Shown here: one piece after another, positions 26,525 through 36,663 of the stretch
Layout: every line of letters starts with the position of its first letter
Position numbering within the stretch: position 1 is the stretch's first letter
Translations under genes and position numbers: made by a program
Assembly (NCBI GenBank): GCA_019323515.1
Contig: JAHWHG010000003.1
Span: 31,873 to 95,872, forward strand
Reading direction: 5' to 3'
DNA: 64,000 nt
DNA from: Candidatus Woesearchaeota archaeon
Lineage (GTDB): Archaea > Nanobdellota > Nanobdellia > Woesearchaeales > JAHWHD01
Notes under the pieces: model-generated
What the model was told of the DNA's origin: nothing
Database searches by the model: none
What the model saw: the letters and a program-made list of their open reading frames with translations, nothing else

Positions 26525-28024
26525 ATGAAAAGAGAGCATTTTATATTAGGCTTGATATTTATAGTGTCGTTATTTGCTAGGCTTTACTTTGCTTTTCAAG
26601 TACCATATTTCGATTATAATGAGGCATATTTTAATCTGAGGCAGGTTGAAGCTATTGGCAGTAGTGGTCTTCCGATTTATAATGATATTTTAAGTTATGG
26701 AGGAAGAACTTTCATATTCCTGCCTTTTTTTCATTATTCTTTGGCTTTTTTTGATATATTTTTTAGCACAGATTTTGTTGCAAAGGTGCTTCCTAACTTA
26801 TTCTTAAGTTTAAGTATTATTGTTGTTTATCTAATATCTAAGAAGATTACTGAAAGTCCAAACGCTGCTTTAGTTGGTGCTTTTGTTTCAGGTTTTATCC
26901 CAATATTGTTTGCAAAGACTCTTAATAATGTTTCAGTATATTCTTTGGCAATTCCTCTGTTGTTCTTGGCTTTGTACTTTTTTATTAAGATTCAGGATGA
27001 TAATATTAACATTATATTTTACGTTGCGACAGTGTTTTTATTTGGTATCACACATGCGAGTGTGTTACTACTAATACTTGTGCTTTTGATTTACCTTATA
27101 TTACTAAAGGTCGAGAAAAGTAAGGTAAAGCCCCATACACTTGAGTTAATGCTTTTTACTATGCTTTTTCTTGTGTGGTTAGAGTTTCTGGTATATAAGC
27201 GAGCTTTTCTTGCACATGGTTTTTCTTTAATATGGCAGAATGTTCCAGTGGAGATTATTGGTAATTATTATGCTTCAACTAGCATATTCCAGGCTTTAGC
27301 ATTAATAGGATTGTTTCCGTTTGTATGTGGAGTTTATGTGTTCTATGTTTATACAACTACTAAGAGGGATCAGAAGATGTATCTTTTGATTTCATTTGCA
27401 ATTGCTATATTCTTATTGCTTTGGCTTAAGTTAATAAGCCCTGATAATGGTCTTATGATTCTTGGAGTATTGCTTGCTATTGCATTTGCTAAGTTTTATG
27501 ATATGATTATTATCTCTCTTGAGGATACAAAGTTTAGTTTCTTGAAGGGTATCACTTTTTATTCTGTCATTATATTGTTGGTTTTTAGTTCAGTGCTCCC
27601 AAGTTTTGTATATGCTGGTAGGAGCTTACAAAATGTACCTTCTGATAAATTAATAGATGCATTGGGCTGGATTAGACATAACACCCAAGAGCAAGATGTT
27701 GTGCTGTCTATATATCAAGAAGGGCAGTTGGTTAATTATTTTGCTTACAGGAAGAATGTCGTTGATGAGAACTTTTTATTAATTGAGAATGTTGACCAGC
27801 GTTTTCGCGACGTAAATATGATGTTTAATTCGTTCTACAAAACAAATGCTATCGAGTTATTAAATAAATACAATGTAAACTATATTTTGTTTACTAGTAA
27901 TTCTAAGCGTGAGTTGGGTATTGAAGAGATAACGTATATTGATGAGGATTGTTTTAGCCGTGTTTATGATAACAGTGAAGTTATAGTTTATGAGTCATTA
28001 TGTAAACTGGAGGAGTTTGAATGA
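26525..28024 (+). CDS. GT-C fold membrane glycosyltransferase (PMT/ArnT-like, PMT_2 family) with a C-terminal soluble domain.
   Basis: It has about 11 TM helices. The first extracytoplasmic loop carries YFDYNEAYF, a DE-like motif. It is paralogous to the 28021 and 32001 genes. Confidence 0.5.
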   Translation: MKREHFILGLIFIVSLFARLYFAFQVPYFDYNEAYFNLRQVEAIGSSGLPIYNDILSYGGRTFIFLPFFHYSLAFFDIFFSTDFVAKVLPNLFLSLSIIVVYLISKKITESPNAALVGAFVSGFIPILFAKTLNNVSVYSLAIPLLFLALYFFIKIQDDNINIIFYVATVFLFGITHASVLLLILVLLIYLILLKVEKSKVKPHTLELMLFTMLFLVWLEFLVYKRAFLAHGFSLIWQNVPVEIIGNYYASTSIFQALALIGLFPFVCGVYVFYVYTTTKRDQKMYLLISFAIAIFLLLWLKLISPDNGLMILGVLLAIAFAKFYDMIIISLEDTKFSFLKGITFYSVIILLVFSSVLPSFVYAGRSLQNVPSDKLIDALGWIRHNTQEQDVVLSIYQEGQLVNYFAYRKNVVDENFLLIENVDQRFRDVNMMFNSFYKTNAIELLNKYNVNYILFTSNSKRELGIEEITYIDEDCFSRVYDNSEVIVYESLCKLEEFE

Positions 28025-29364
28025 AACTTCATGAAAAGAAAGGTGTAGTATTTGCAATAGTTTTGTTCCTTATTTTGATTAGTATCTTTCATATTGTAAG
28101 ATACAAATATTTTGATTCCTATGTGGTTGGTGTTGAACCTTATCGTTATATGTTAGATAATTCAAGCAATAACCCTTATACTTTTATAATAAATGTACTC
28201 CATGAGGTTACTAGTGTTCCTATACAGACTTTGTCAGCTTTTCTTCCAAATATCTTAGGATTGTTATGTATTATCCTCTTTTTCTTTTTTTTGCAGAATA
28301 CTAATCTTAAGGTTCATCAAAGAATTATTTTTATCATTGTACTAGCACTTTCGCCAGCTTTTGTGTACAGTTCACTATTTTCGAATCCGCATATATTTGC
28401 TTTGCTCTTAATGATCCTCGGGTTTTGGTTTTTGTTAGTAAGGAATCGGGCCTTAAATCTTGTCTCTGGATTAATATTTGCAATTATAGGTCTTTTTAGT
28501 ATAGTAGACGTATCAGTTGCTATTATGGCTTTATTTGCTTTTTATCTGTCTAAAAGAAAAAGATATATTCTTTATGTCATGTTATTATGTTTGTTGGTAT
28601 TTCTTTTGAATTATGATGTTGTTATACCTATTAATTTTGATATGGGTATTATTCAAGGTTCGTTTACAGATTTAGGGGGATTGATAGGTTTTGGGGTTTT
28701 TACTGTAATTTTTTCAGTCTTTGGTTTTGTTTCTTCATGGAAAAATAAAGAATCTCTTTGGCAACTCTATTTTTTCTTACTATTTCTTGTTGCTTTTTTG
28801 TTAACCTTTGGGACTGTAGTTAATATATATATTAATATTATTTTGACTTATTTTATTACTTTAGGGATTTCAAGGCTTATCAGTAGAAAGTGGGAACTTT
28901 GGATTATTAAGTATTTAACAATAATAATTATGGTTTGCGGATTTATATTTTCAGCTGTGTCCTATACCAATATAGTATCTAATCTAGGTCCTAATCCTGA
29001 TGTTGTTACAAGTCTTTACTGGTTGAGAGAGAATGTTGCTGAAGATTCTGTAGTATTAGCTCATTATTCAAGAGGTTTTTGGATAAACTATTTTAGTGAG
29101 CGAACCCCTACTTTAGATAGCTTTTCTTCTAAATCAAACTTGGCGATTATGGATGAGTTATTTCAGACAAGGGATTTAAGAAAAGCGCAGATAATATTAA
29201 GAGAGTTTGATGTAAATTATATCTGGATAGATTCTGAGATGAGGGATGGTTTAATCTGGACAAAGGAAAAGCAGGGCTTGCTGTTTCTATTTATTGATGA
29301 GGATAACTTTAATAAAGTTTATGCTAATAACAATGTAGAGATTTGGGAATATATTGGTGGTTGA
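28021..29364 (+). CDS. GT-C fold membrane glycosyltransferase paralog.
   Basis: It is polytopic with a VEPYRYM loop motif and a C-terminal soluble domain. Its start overlaps the upstream stop as ATGA. Confidence 0.45.
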   Translation: MKLHEKKGVVFAIVLFLILISIFHIVRYKYFDSYVVGVEPYRYMLDNSSNNPYTFIINVLHEVTSVPIQTLSAFLPNILGLLCIILFFFFLQNTNLKVHQRIIFIIVLALSPAFVYSSLFSNPHIFALLLMILGFWFLLVRNRALNLVSGLIFAIIGLFSIVDVSVAIMALFAFYLSKRKRYILYVMLLCLLVFLLNYDVVIPINFDMGIIQGSFTDLGGLIGFGVFTVIFSVFGFVSSWKNKESLWQLYFFLLFLVAFLLTFGTVVNIYINIILTYFITLGISRLISRKWELWIIKYLTIIIMVCGFIFSAVSYTNIVSNLGPNPDVVTSLYWLRENVAEDSVVLAHYSRGFWINYFSERTPTLDSFSSKSNLAIMDELFQTRDLRKAQIILREFDVNYIWIDSEMRDGLIWTKEKQGLLFLFIDEDNFNKVYANNNVEIWEYIGG

Positions 29365-30069
29365 ATGTTAATTAGTATTATTATACCTGCTTACAATGAA
29401 GAAAGAAGGATTGGCAAGAGTTTAAGGAAGGTTATTAAATTTCTTGACTCTAAAGATTATGACTATGAGGTTCTTGTAGTGAGTGATGGTAGCAGGGATA
29501 GGACTATTGACATTGTTAGAAGCTTTAAACATAAGAATTTGAGATTAATTAATTATCGGAAGAATATGGGGAAGGGTTTTAGTGTTAGAAGGGGCTTTTA
29601 TTATGCAAAAGGGAACTTGATTTTATTTTCTGATGCTGATCTTTCAACACCTATTTCAGAACTAGATAAACTTATGAAGCATATTGCACAATATGATGTT
29701 GTTGTAGCATCTAGGAGTTTAAAGGGTTCTAATGTAAAGGTTAAGCAACCATTTCATAGGGTTTTGTTTGGTAGGTTGTTTAATCTTTTAGTGCAGTTTA
29801 TTGCTTTGCCTGGGATAAAGGATTCACAATGCGGTTTTAAGCTTTTTACTAGGGAAGCTGGTAAAAAAATTTTTGCGAATCAGAGGCTTAATGGGTTTGC
29901 TTTTGATGTTGAAGCTTTACTCTTAGCTAGAAAGATGAATTTTAAGGTTAAAGAGATTCCAGTAATTTGGATCGATTCTGAAGGAAGCAAGGTTAATGCC
30001 TTAAAAGATGCGTTTAAGATGCTATTTGATATCTTTAAAATAAGGGTTCTCCATATAGGTAAAATATAG
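29365..30069 (+). CDS. GT2 family glycosyltransferase, dolichyl-phosphate mannose/glucose synthase-like.
   Basis: It has the motifs IIIPAYNEE, VVSDGSRDRT, a SDADL DxD motif and CGFKLF, as in DPM1/AglJ-type enzymes. Confidence 0.75.
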   Translation: MLISIIIPAYNEERRIGKSLRKVIKFLDSKDYDYEVLVVSDGSRDRTIDIVRSFKHKNLRLINYRKNMGKGFSVRRGFYYAKGNLILFSDADLSTPISELDKLMKHIAQYDVVVASRSLKGSNVKVKQPFHRVLFGRLFNLLVQFIALPGIKDSQCGFKLFTREAGKKIFANQRLNGFAFDVEALLLARKMNFKVKEIPVIWIDSEGSKVNALKDAFKMLFDIFKIRVLHIGKI

Positions 30070-30125
30070 ATATTTAACGAAAAATTTATAATCCCTCAGA
30101 AATTTTATTAGTCTAGAGGGATATT

Positions 30126-31361
30126 ATGGATTTTGGGACAGTATTAGTTTATATAACATGTTTTTTTGGTTTATATACATTGGTATATTTCTATGTCACT
30201 TTATATGAAAATCGCAATAACCTTAAAAGCGAAGAATTAAAGCAATTTCCTAAGGTTAGCATAGTAGTGCCCGCATATAATGAGCAGGATACAATTGCAA
30301 AGACTCTTGATTCTTTGCTTGAGCTTGATTATCCCAAGGATAAGGTTGAGATTGTTGTTTTGGATGATGGAAGCACTGATGATACCTATAAAATTGCTAA
30401 GGAATATAAAAAAAAGGGTGTTATTGTCTTTACTAAAGAAAATGGGGGTAAGGGTCTTGCTTTGAACTTTGCATTAACTAAGGTGACTGGTGAGTTTTTT
30501 GGTGCTCTTGATGCTGACAGTTATGTTGATAGTCAAGCATTAAAGAGAATAATGCCCTTCTTTAAGGACCCAAATGTCATGGGTGTCACGCCTTCGCTTA
30601 AGATTTGGAAGCCGCAGAGCTTTTTACAACATATACAGAGGGTTGAATTTTTGGTAGGGATTTTTTTGAGAAAGGTTTTTGGATTTTTGAGATGTATACA
30701 TGTTGCGCCTGGGCCTTTTACAATATATCGGAAAGAGTTCTTTGATAAGTATGGCAATTATGATCATACAACAATAACAGAGGATATTGAGATTGCGTTA
30801 AGGACACAGTCATTGCATTATAATATTGAGAATTCTGTTGATGCTTATGTCTATACAAAAGGGCCTAATAAGTTCTTTCCTTTGTTTAGGCAGAGAATAA
30901 GATGGTATCGCGGCTTTCTTGATAATCTTTTGAGGTACAAGCAACTTTTCTCTTCTAAGTATGGGGAGTTGGGCTTATTTATATTACCTGCTTCAGTTAT
31001 CTCTGTGTTTTTTGTTATTATAACATTGTTTTATACTGCTTATAAATTAAGCGATGATTTAATCAATCGTTATCTCCTTTATAGTTCAATTGGTTTTGAC
31101 TGGAGCCATATATTTGACTGGAACTTCGACTGGTTTTTGGTTAATCTTGGACCAATTGCTTTTCTTTCAATCATATCCTTAATAGGTGCTGTGAGCATGA
31201 TTGCAATTGCTAAGAAAATCTCTGAAGAGAAACCTAATGTTAAGTTCTCTTATCTTATGTATTTTTTTTTCTATTGGATTTTGTTTGGAAGTTGGTGGTT
31301 TGTTGCAATCTACTATAAAGTCACTGGTAAAAAAATTAGATGGGCTGGAAGGTTGATGTAA
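30126..31361 (+). CDS. Processive-type GT2 glycosyltransferase (cellulose/chitin/PNAG-synthase-like) with flanking TM helices.
   Basis: It has the motifs SIVVPAYNEQ, VLDDGSTDDT, ALDADS and QRIRWYRG (QxxRW), an N-terminal TM and 3-4 C-terminal TMs. Confidence 0.7.
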   Translation: MDFGTVLVYITCFFGLYTLVYFYVTLYENRNNLKSEELKQFPKVSIVVPAYNEQDTIAKTLDSLLELDYPKDKVEIVVLDDGSTDDTYKIAKEYKKKGVIVFTKENGGKGLALNFALTKVTGEFFGALDADSYVDSQALKRIMPFFKDPNVMGVTPSLKIWKPQSFLQHIQRVEFLVGIFLRKVFGFLRCIHVAPGPFTIYRKEFFDKYGNYDHTTITEDIEIALRTQSLHYNIENSVDAYVYTKGPNKFFPLFRQRIRWYRGFLDNLLRYKQLFSSKYGELGLFILPASVISVFFVIITLFYTAYKLSDDLINRYLLYSSIGFDWSHIFDWNFDWFLVNLGPIAFLSIISLIGAVSMIAIAKKISEEKPNVKFSYLMYFFFYWILFGSWWFVAIYYKVTGKKIRWAGRLM

Positions 31362-32014
31362 TGAAAAGTAAACCACTTTCAAGGCACTTAGGAGTCTTTG
31401 CAGCGACCGTGTTAATTTTTTTATTGGGGATTTTGATAGGTAGTTATGTAACTGGTCTTAAATTGAAAGCCTTAACTGGGATGCAAGATGATCTTAAGAC
31501 ACAGACATTATCAGTTGAACTCCAGTATGAAATCTTAAAGGAAGACCCTTGCTCTGCAATTAATTATTCTAAATTGACTGATGAGTTATATAATTTAGGT
31601 GAGAGACTGGTTTTTATGGAGAATAGTCTTGGTTGGGATGATCCAAATGTTCTTGAACTTAAGGAGTATTTTTCATTACTCGAATTGAGGCATTGGTTAT
31701 TAATTAAGAAGAATAATAAGGTCTGTGGCGATAAAGTAGTACCAATCTTATACTTTTATTCAAATAAGGGGGATTGTCCTAAATGTGAACAGCAAGGTTT
31801 TATACTTACTAATGTAAGGCGGAATTTTCCAGAGGTCAGAGTTTATCACTTTGATATGAATATTGTGAATCCAGCTATTGATACTGTTAAAGGTTTGTAT
31901 AATGTTAAAAGTGCTCCCACTGTAGTTGTTCTTGATGAGACATTTAATGGTTTTGTTACTAAGAGCGTGATTGAGGAAAAGCTTGAAGATTTGCGTGAAG
32001 ATGAAATTAAGTAA
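31361..32014 (+). CDS. Membrane-anchored thioredoxin-fold protein with a CPKC active-site motif.
   Basis: The N-terminal anchor is MKSKPLSRHLGVFAATVLIFLLGILIGSYV. The motif YFYSNKGDCPKCEQQ is present. The start overlaps the upstream stop as TAATG. The ORF track begins at 31340. Confidence 0.45.
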   Translation: MKSKPLSRHLGVFAATVLIFLLGILIGSYVTGLKLKALTGMQDDLKTQTLSVELQYEILKEDPCSAINYSKLTDELYNLGERLVFMENSLGWDDPNVLELKEYFSLLELRHWLLIKKNNKVCGDKVVPILYFYSNKGDCPKCEQQGFILTNVRRNFPEVRVYHFDMNIVNPAIDTVKGLYNVKSAPTVVVLDETFNGFVTKSVIEEKLEDLREDEIK

Positions 32015-33374
32015 TAAGCTGCAGATTTTACTTTTCTTTATTGTATTCGTTATAATCCCATTTTACTTTAGTCTTTATCCTATCAGGACTTATGCTTATT
32101 GGGATGAAAGTGTTTATCTCCAGCATTCAGAGATATTTTATTCGGGTAGGATGAATTATTCAGAATTAGAGTTTAGGCCTCCACTTCTTTCTATTGTTCT
32201 TGCTGCTTCTTATGTGTTTTGGCATAGTATTATCACTGCGAGAATAGTGATGGCAATGTTTCTTGTAGGAAGTGGTTTAATGTTCTTCCTTTTATTTAGA
32301 CAAGTTTATGGGAGAAAGGTTGGTCTTTTGGCGACTTTGCTTTTCTTTTATAATCCATTTATCATAAAGCAAAGTCATTTTATCTTAAGCGATATCCCTG
32401 CACTCTTCTTTATTTTAGTTTCACTTTATTTTTATTTTAAGAAGTCTAAGTATAACCTTTGGTTTGTCGGATTTTTTGCAGGGTTAGCTATACTTACAAG
32501 GTTTACAAGTTTAATTGTGCTATTGTTGTTTATTATGTTATTTTATTTTAACAAGGATAGTATTAGGAATATGGTTACTTTCTTTTCTGCTTTGTTCTTG
32601 ACTTTGCTGCCTTATCTTTTATGGGCACAGTTAAAGTTTGGATTTTTTTTACACCCTTTTATCAAGGCTCGAGGTTTTGTGCAGTTGTATGATGATCCTT
32701 TCTTTTTTTATCTTAGTAATTTTATGGACTATATTACTATTTGGATACTTATAGCTATTTTGTTATACTTGTTAGTATTTGTTTATTGTTTATCAAAGAA
32801 GAAGGGTAATTTTAAGTTTGATATTATATTCTTATTATGGTCTCTTGTTTTTTTACTTTATATGTCATATCTTCCGCATAAGGAGATAAGGTATATCATA
32901 CCTTTGTTTGTTATCTTAATTTTGATGGCTGCGAAGGGTTATAATTATATGTTTAATATTCGTAAAGGTAAATATTTTTGGGCTTGTTTCATTGTTCTTT
33001 TTATTTTATGTTCTCCGCCTGTATTTGAGCTTAGGACACATTATACCTATGATTATGCATTGACAAGAGGCGAATTGTTGGGCATCTGGGTAAAGAGTAA
33101 TCTTGTTGATGATAAGCCCGTGTTTACAAATCTTGACTTCCCTATTATGGCTTATTATTCTGGAAGGAGGATTGTTGGTGTTTACCCGCAAGATGAATAT
33201 TTTTACAGTAACATATCACTTGTGATGTATGAACCGGGTTATTTTATTTATGGTAATCCAGACATACATCCAACAAAAGATTTCTTAGATACAGATGAAA
33301 GATTTAAGCTTTATGATTCTATAGATGAGAAGTATCATGTATATGAATTTGATCCTTTTTCTAATTTTGAATAA
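32001..33374 (+). CDS. GT-C fold membrane glycosyltransferase paralog (PMT/ArnT-like).
   Basis: The first loop carries YWDESVYLQHSE (DE motif). It has at least 11 TM helices and a C-terminal soluble domain. The ORF track begins at 31971. Confidence 0.55.
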   Translation: MKLSNKLQILLFFIVFVIIPFYFSLYPIRTYAYWDESVYLQHSEIFYSGRMNYSELEFRPPLLSIVLAASYVFWHSIITARIVMAMFLVGSGLMFFLLFRQVYGRKVGLLATLLFFYNPFIIKQSHFILSDIPALFFILVSLYFYFKKSKYNLWFVGFFAGLAILTRFTSLIVLLLFIMLFYFNKDSIRNMVTFFSALFLTLLPYLLWAQLKFGFFLHPFIKARGFVQLYDDPFFFYLSNFMDYITIWILIAILLYLLVFVYCLSKKKGNFKFDIIFLLWSLVFLLYMSYLPHKEIRYIIPLFVILILMAAKGYNYMFNIRKGKYFWACFIVLFILCSPPVFELRTHYTYDYALTRGELLGIWVKSNLVDDKPVFTNLDFPIMAYYSGRRIVGVYPQDEYFYSNISLVMYEPGYFIYGNPDIHPTKDFLDTDERFKLYDSIDEKYHVYEFDPFSNFE

Positions 33375-33830
33375 TCATTTCTTAACTTTCTTGATTTGAA
33401 TAAGGTCGCCTATTGTTAAAGCAGATGACTTTGATCTTTGAAGGGGTGCTTGCCTTGTCTTTACCTCTTCGATTAAGGTTATCTTCAAGAATGATTCAAG
33501 TTTTTTTGCAAGGTTCATATTTGGACGGATATGACCTGCTTCGATTTTTTGTAAAAGTGATTCCTTTTCAGCTATCCTTTTTGCAAGCTTTTCTTGGCTT
33601 AGGTTTAAAGATTCACGTTTTGACTTGATTAACTTGGCATAATCTGGGACGATCCTTTCTTCTGTATCTTCTCTTTGCACAAGTTCAATCTTTTGTGATG
33701 ATTTAGGTTTGAATGTCCTTTCTTTTATAACTCTTCCATACCTACAACAAGATTTACAAACATTAAGTTCAGTACCTTCAACTATTGCTTTATAAAGCAA
33801 TGTTTCTTTTCCACACATGTCGCATTGCAT
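33375..33830 (-). CDS. MBF1-like transcription factor (N-terminal zinc ribbon plus C-terminal HTH_XRE).
   Basis: The zinc ribbon is CDMCGK...CKSCC. The HTH is SQEKLAKRIAEKESLLQKIEAGHIRPNMNLAKKLESFL. Confidence 0.7.
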   Translation of the reverse strand: MQCDMCGKETLLYKAIVEGTELNVCKSCCRYGRVIKERTFKPKSSQKIELVQREDTEERIVPDYAKLIKSKRESLNLSQEKLAKRIAEKESLLQKIEAGHIRPNMNLAKKLESFLKITLIEEVKTRQAPLQRSKSSALTIGDLIQIKKVKK

Positions 33831-34160
33831 ATGGCTTATTTAATACATCATATTTTTATATCTTTGCTTTATTCTAAGTTTACTATGGGGAATGCTTTTA
33901 CAAGAATTTTAGCTGTGATGGATTTTGCAGCTTTAGTAGTTTTGGTGTTGCTACATTTTGATATGGTAGGCTGGAGAATAGGCTTTGCTTTTGCTTTTTA
34001 CCTTATATTAAAGGCTGTTGCTTTTTTTGGAAACATACACAGTGTAATTGATGGTGTGATAGGTTTATATATGGTTCTTATGCTCTTTGGATATACTTCT
34101 ATACTAACTCTTGTAGCTGCTGTTTATCTACTTCAGAAAGCGTTTTTTTCGATAATTTAA
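33825..34160 (+). CDS. Small hypothetical membrane protein.
   Basis: It has three hydrophobic helices. The likely start is the internal ATG at about 33885. Confidence 0.3.
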   Translation: MHMAYLIHHIFISLLYSKFTMGNAFTRILAVMDFAALVVLVLLHFDMVGWRIGFAFAFYLILKAVAFFGNIHSVIDGVIGLYMVLMLFGYTSILTLVAAVYLLQKAFFSII

Positions 34161-34879
34161 AGTTTTCTTTCAACTTGTACATAATATATGAGCCAGATTG
34201 TTCCAGCTAAGATTATAGCAGTTATAATTGTCCAGATGATAGATTGCATGAAGAACATTAGGAAGCCTAATAGGACTAAGAGTACAAAATAGAATATGTA
34301 TGCAAATCTTGACCAAAATAGTAAGTAGAAGCCATTGAATTCAGGAAATGGAAGGAAAGAATAGATTGCGAGTAGTATGTTAATAAACATGAACCTTTCA
34401 AATAAAGCTAAGTTTGTTAATGTGAGAAAAAGTTTGCAGATGAAAGCTATTATTATATTTGTAAGGCTTCCTGAGAATCCAATGTTACTTAAGTCTTCGA
34501 GATTTGTTCCCGGTGGAAATTTTCCTATCCTGTAGCTTGTCATAAGTTTTGTCTTGAAAGACCCTGGTGAGAATAATGGGAAGCCATTAGTAAGGAATAC
34601 AAGGTATAAAGTTACTAAAGAAGACCATTTACTGAATTCGTAATGAACTTTGTGGCCTATTGAAATTCCTCTTATCTTCATAATTGTGATATGGATAAGT
34701 AAGCTGAAAAGTACAATTATAAAGCTAAGTAGCATGTTAAGTAAGTATTCTGATATAGTAGGATTGCCTTCAAGGTTAAAACCTAGGATGAAACCCACTA
34801 CCAAAGAGCTTAGAATTAAATGAAAAACCTCTTTTTTTGTGAACTCAAACCTTTTCTTGATTTTTGTGAGTAATTGCAT
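34157..34879 (-). CDS. Polytopic membrane protein with about 6 TM helices.
   Basis: It is hydrophobic throughout. It has no intact HExxH motif. Confidence 0.4.
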   Translation of the reverse strand: MQLLTKIKKRFEFTKKEVFHLILSSLVVGFILGFNLEGNPTISEYLLNMLLSFIIVLFSLLIHITIMKIRGISIGHKVHYEFSKWSSLVTLYLVFLTNGFPLFSPGSFKTKLMTSYRIGKFPPGTNLEDLSNIGFSGSLTNIIIAFICKLFLTLTNLALFERFMFINILLAIYSFLPFPEFNGFYLLFWSRFAYIFYFVLLVLLGFLMFFMQSIIWTIITAIILAGTIWLIYYVQVERKL

Positions 34880-35585
34880 TATAGGTTTTTATATTATCTT
34901 TATTTAAATAGTTTTTGATTAATCTATGCATTGCCTTTTCATGGCCTGCTCCGACAACTGCCAGTATCTTTTTTTCAGGGTAGGTTTTTATAAGTTTTGC
35001 AATACGTTTTGCCATAATCTTATTCCTGTCTTCTATTAAAGTTTTGTAGAAGTTTGGGTAGCGGTCTTTGACTTCTTTAATCATCTTTTCAATGACCTCT
35101 TCTTCAGGTACTTTTGTAAGGTCGAATTCTGTTAAGCCTAGACGTTTAAGTTCACGTTTCTTGAAGAATATTGATTTGAAGACGTCTTTTATTAGATGGA
35201 GTTTTTCTTTTGTTGAAAACTTTAATTTTTTCATTGTAATTATTATGTCTTGGTCAATAAGTGCTAAGGAGATATTGTGTTTTTTTGCAAGAGCTATTGC
35301 TTGTTTCATCTCTGCTCCTGGTGTAAGGCCTACTTTTCTTCCAAGTGTCCTTTCAATCCAGCCCCCAATCATCATGAAAAAGAAACCTTTCAATCCTATC
35401 TTTCTTATGTCTCTAAGTTTAAGTTTAGAGGGTTGCTTCTGGAGAAGTGCATGGAAACGGTTCCTGTCTAACTCTAGGCAGATGATATCAGGTTTTTCTG
35501 CTTCTACGAAGTGTTTAATCTCCCTTACACTCTGGATTGAGATGTGAGAGGTTCCTATAATTGTAAGATTGTTTATACTTTGCAT
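34845..35585 (-). CDS. TraB/PrgY/GumN-family protein.
   Basis: It has the motifs IIGTSHIS, LELD, and AVVGAGH. Confidence 0.7.
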   Translation of the reverse strand: MQSINNLTIIGTSHISIQSVREIKHFVEAEKPDIICLELDRNRFHALLQKQPSKLKLRDIRKIGLKGFFFMMIGGWIERTLGRKVGLTPGAEMKQAIALAKKHNISLALIDQDIIITMKKLKFSTKEKLHLIKDVFKSIFFKKRELKRLGLTEFDLTKVPEEEVIEKMIKEVKDRYPNFYKTLIEDRNKIMAKRIAKLIKTYPEKKILAVVGAGHEKAMHRLIKNYLNKDNIKTYNAITHKNQEKV

Positions 35586-35660
35586 TTTTTGTTATATATA
35601 ATAGTAATATTTATAAATATAAGCATTATAATTTAAGAATTATAAAAGAGGTCGCTATAC

Positions 35661-36662
35661 ATGAAAAAAGGTCAAATAACTATATACATAATTTTGGGAA
35701 TCGTGATTCTCGCTATTGTTGGTGCTTTATTGTTTTTTCGGACTACTGATACAGGTGTTGCTGAAACATTATCATTGGATGCTGCTAGGGCTGAAGTTGA
35801 GCAGTATGTGAAGACTTGCATAAAAACAGAAGGTGATTATGTTCTTCTTGCTTTAGGGTATCAGGGAGGGTACTTGTTCACTCCTAGTTTTGGTGGTATT
35901 AATTATGAAGGGTATACTGCTGCTTATGATTATTATCTTGGATATAATATGCTTCCTTCTGTAAATGAGATTGAGGATTTGCACATAGATGATTTTCTTG
36001 ATTTAACATTATTGGAATGTGTTAATGACCTAGACGTGTTTGCTGATAGAGGCGTTGGTATTGAGACTGGAGCCTTGGATGTTAATTCTGAGATTAATTA
36101 TGGAGATGTCTTGATAACTGTTAATTATCCTGTTACATTAGTTCAGGGCGATAGTGTTGTTGAGCTTGAAAGTTTTAGTGAGAAGTTTCCTATAAGGTTG
36201 GGTTATATATTGGCTCAGGTTGATGAGTTGATTGAGAAAGAGGTTGATGATCCTAATTGGGTTGATTTGACTTATATCAATGATTTGGAGCTTGATGTTC
36301 GGGTTGTTCCAATCTCACAGACAGAGAACCTTTACTTTGTGACTGATGAGATGAGTATCCTGAAGAATCAGCCATATGTGTTTGTGTTTGGTAACAAGTT
36401 TACAGATAATCACCCTCCTTACTTGGATATAATCCCTGATGTTAGTTTAAGGTTAGGAGAGAGTTATACTTATACTGTTAATGCAGTTGATTTTGATGAT
36501 GATGAAATCACGTATAGTGATGATAGTATGCTTTTTGATATTACAGAAGAGGGCGAGATAAGTTTTACTGCTACAAGGCCTATTTTCGAGGTTGTTACAA
36601 TAACAGCCACTGATGTAAATGGGTTCATAGACACTCAACAATTTTTTATAGAGGTAAGTTAA
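35661..36662 (+). CDS. Class-III signal peptide (pilin-like) protein with a C-terminal cadherin-like/dystroglycan-type domain.
   Basis: The N-terminus is MKKGQ followed by ITIYIILGIVILAIVGALLFF. The C-terminal PPYLDIIPDVSLRLGESYTYTVNAVDFDDDEITYS is a cadherin-like motif. An AAAAGAGGT ribosome-binding site and TATA-like sequence lie upstream. Confidence 0.5.
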   Translation: MKKGQITIYIILGIVILAIVGALLFFRTTDTGVAETLSLDAARAEVEQYVKTCIKTEGDYVLLALGYQGGYLFTPSFGGINYEGYTAAYDYYLGYNMLPSVNEIEDLHIDDFLDLTLLECVNDLDVFADRGVGIETGALDVNSEINYGDVLITVNYPVTLVQGDSVVELESFSEKFPIRLGYILAQVDELIEKEVDDPNWVDLTYINDLELDVRVVPISQTENLYFVTDEMSILKNQPYVFVFGNKFTDNHPPYLDIIPDVSLRLGESYTYTVNAVDFDDDEITYSDDSMLFDITEEGEISFTATRPIFEVVTITATDVNGFIDTQQFFIEVS

Positions 36663-36663
36663 A

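Noticed and set aside
26525-33374. Possibility that one GT-C membrane protein is the oligosaccharyltransferase AglB/STT3.
   Set aside because: None of the three contains a WWDYG-type motif. The first-loop DE motifs and C-terminal domains fit ArnT/PMT-like enzymes better.
35068-35547. Plus-strand ORFs inside the TraB-family gene.
   Set aside because: They are antisense artefacts. The TraB-family gene has clear family motifs.
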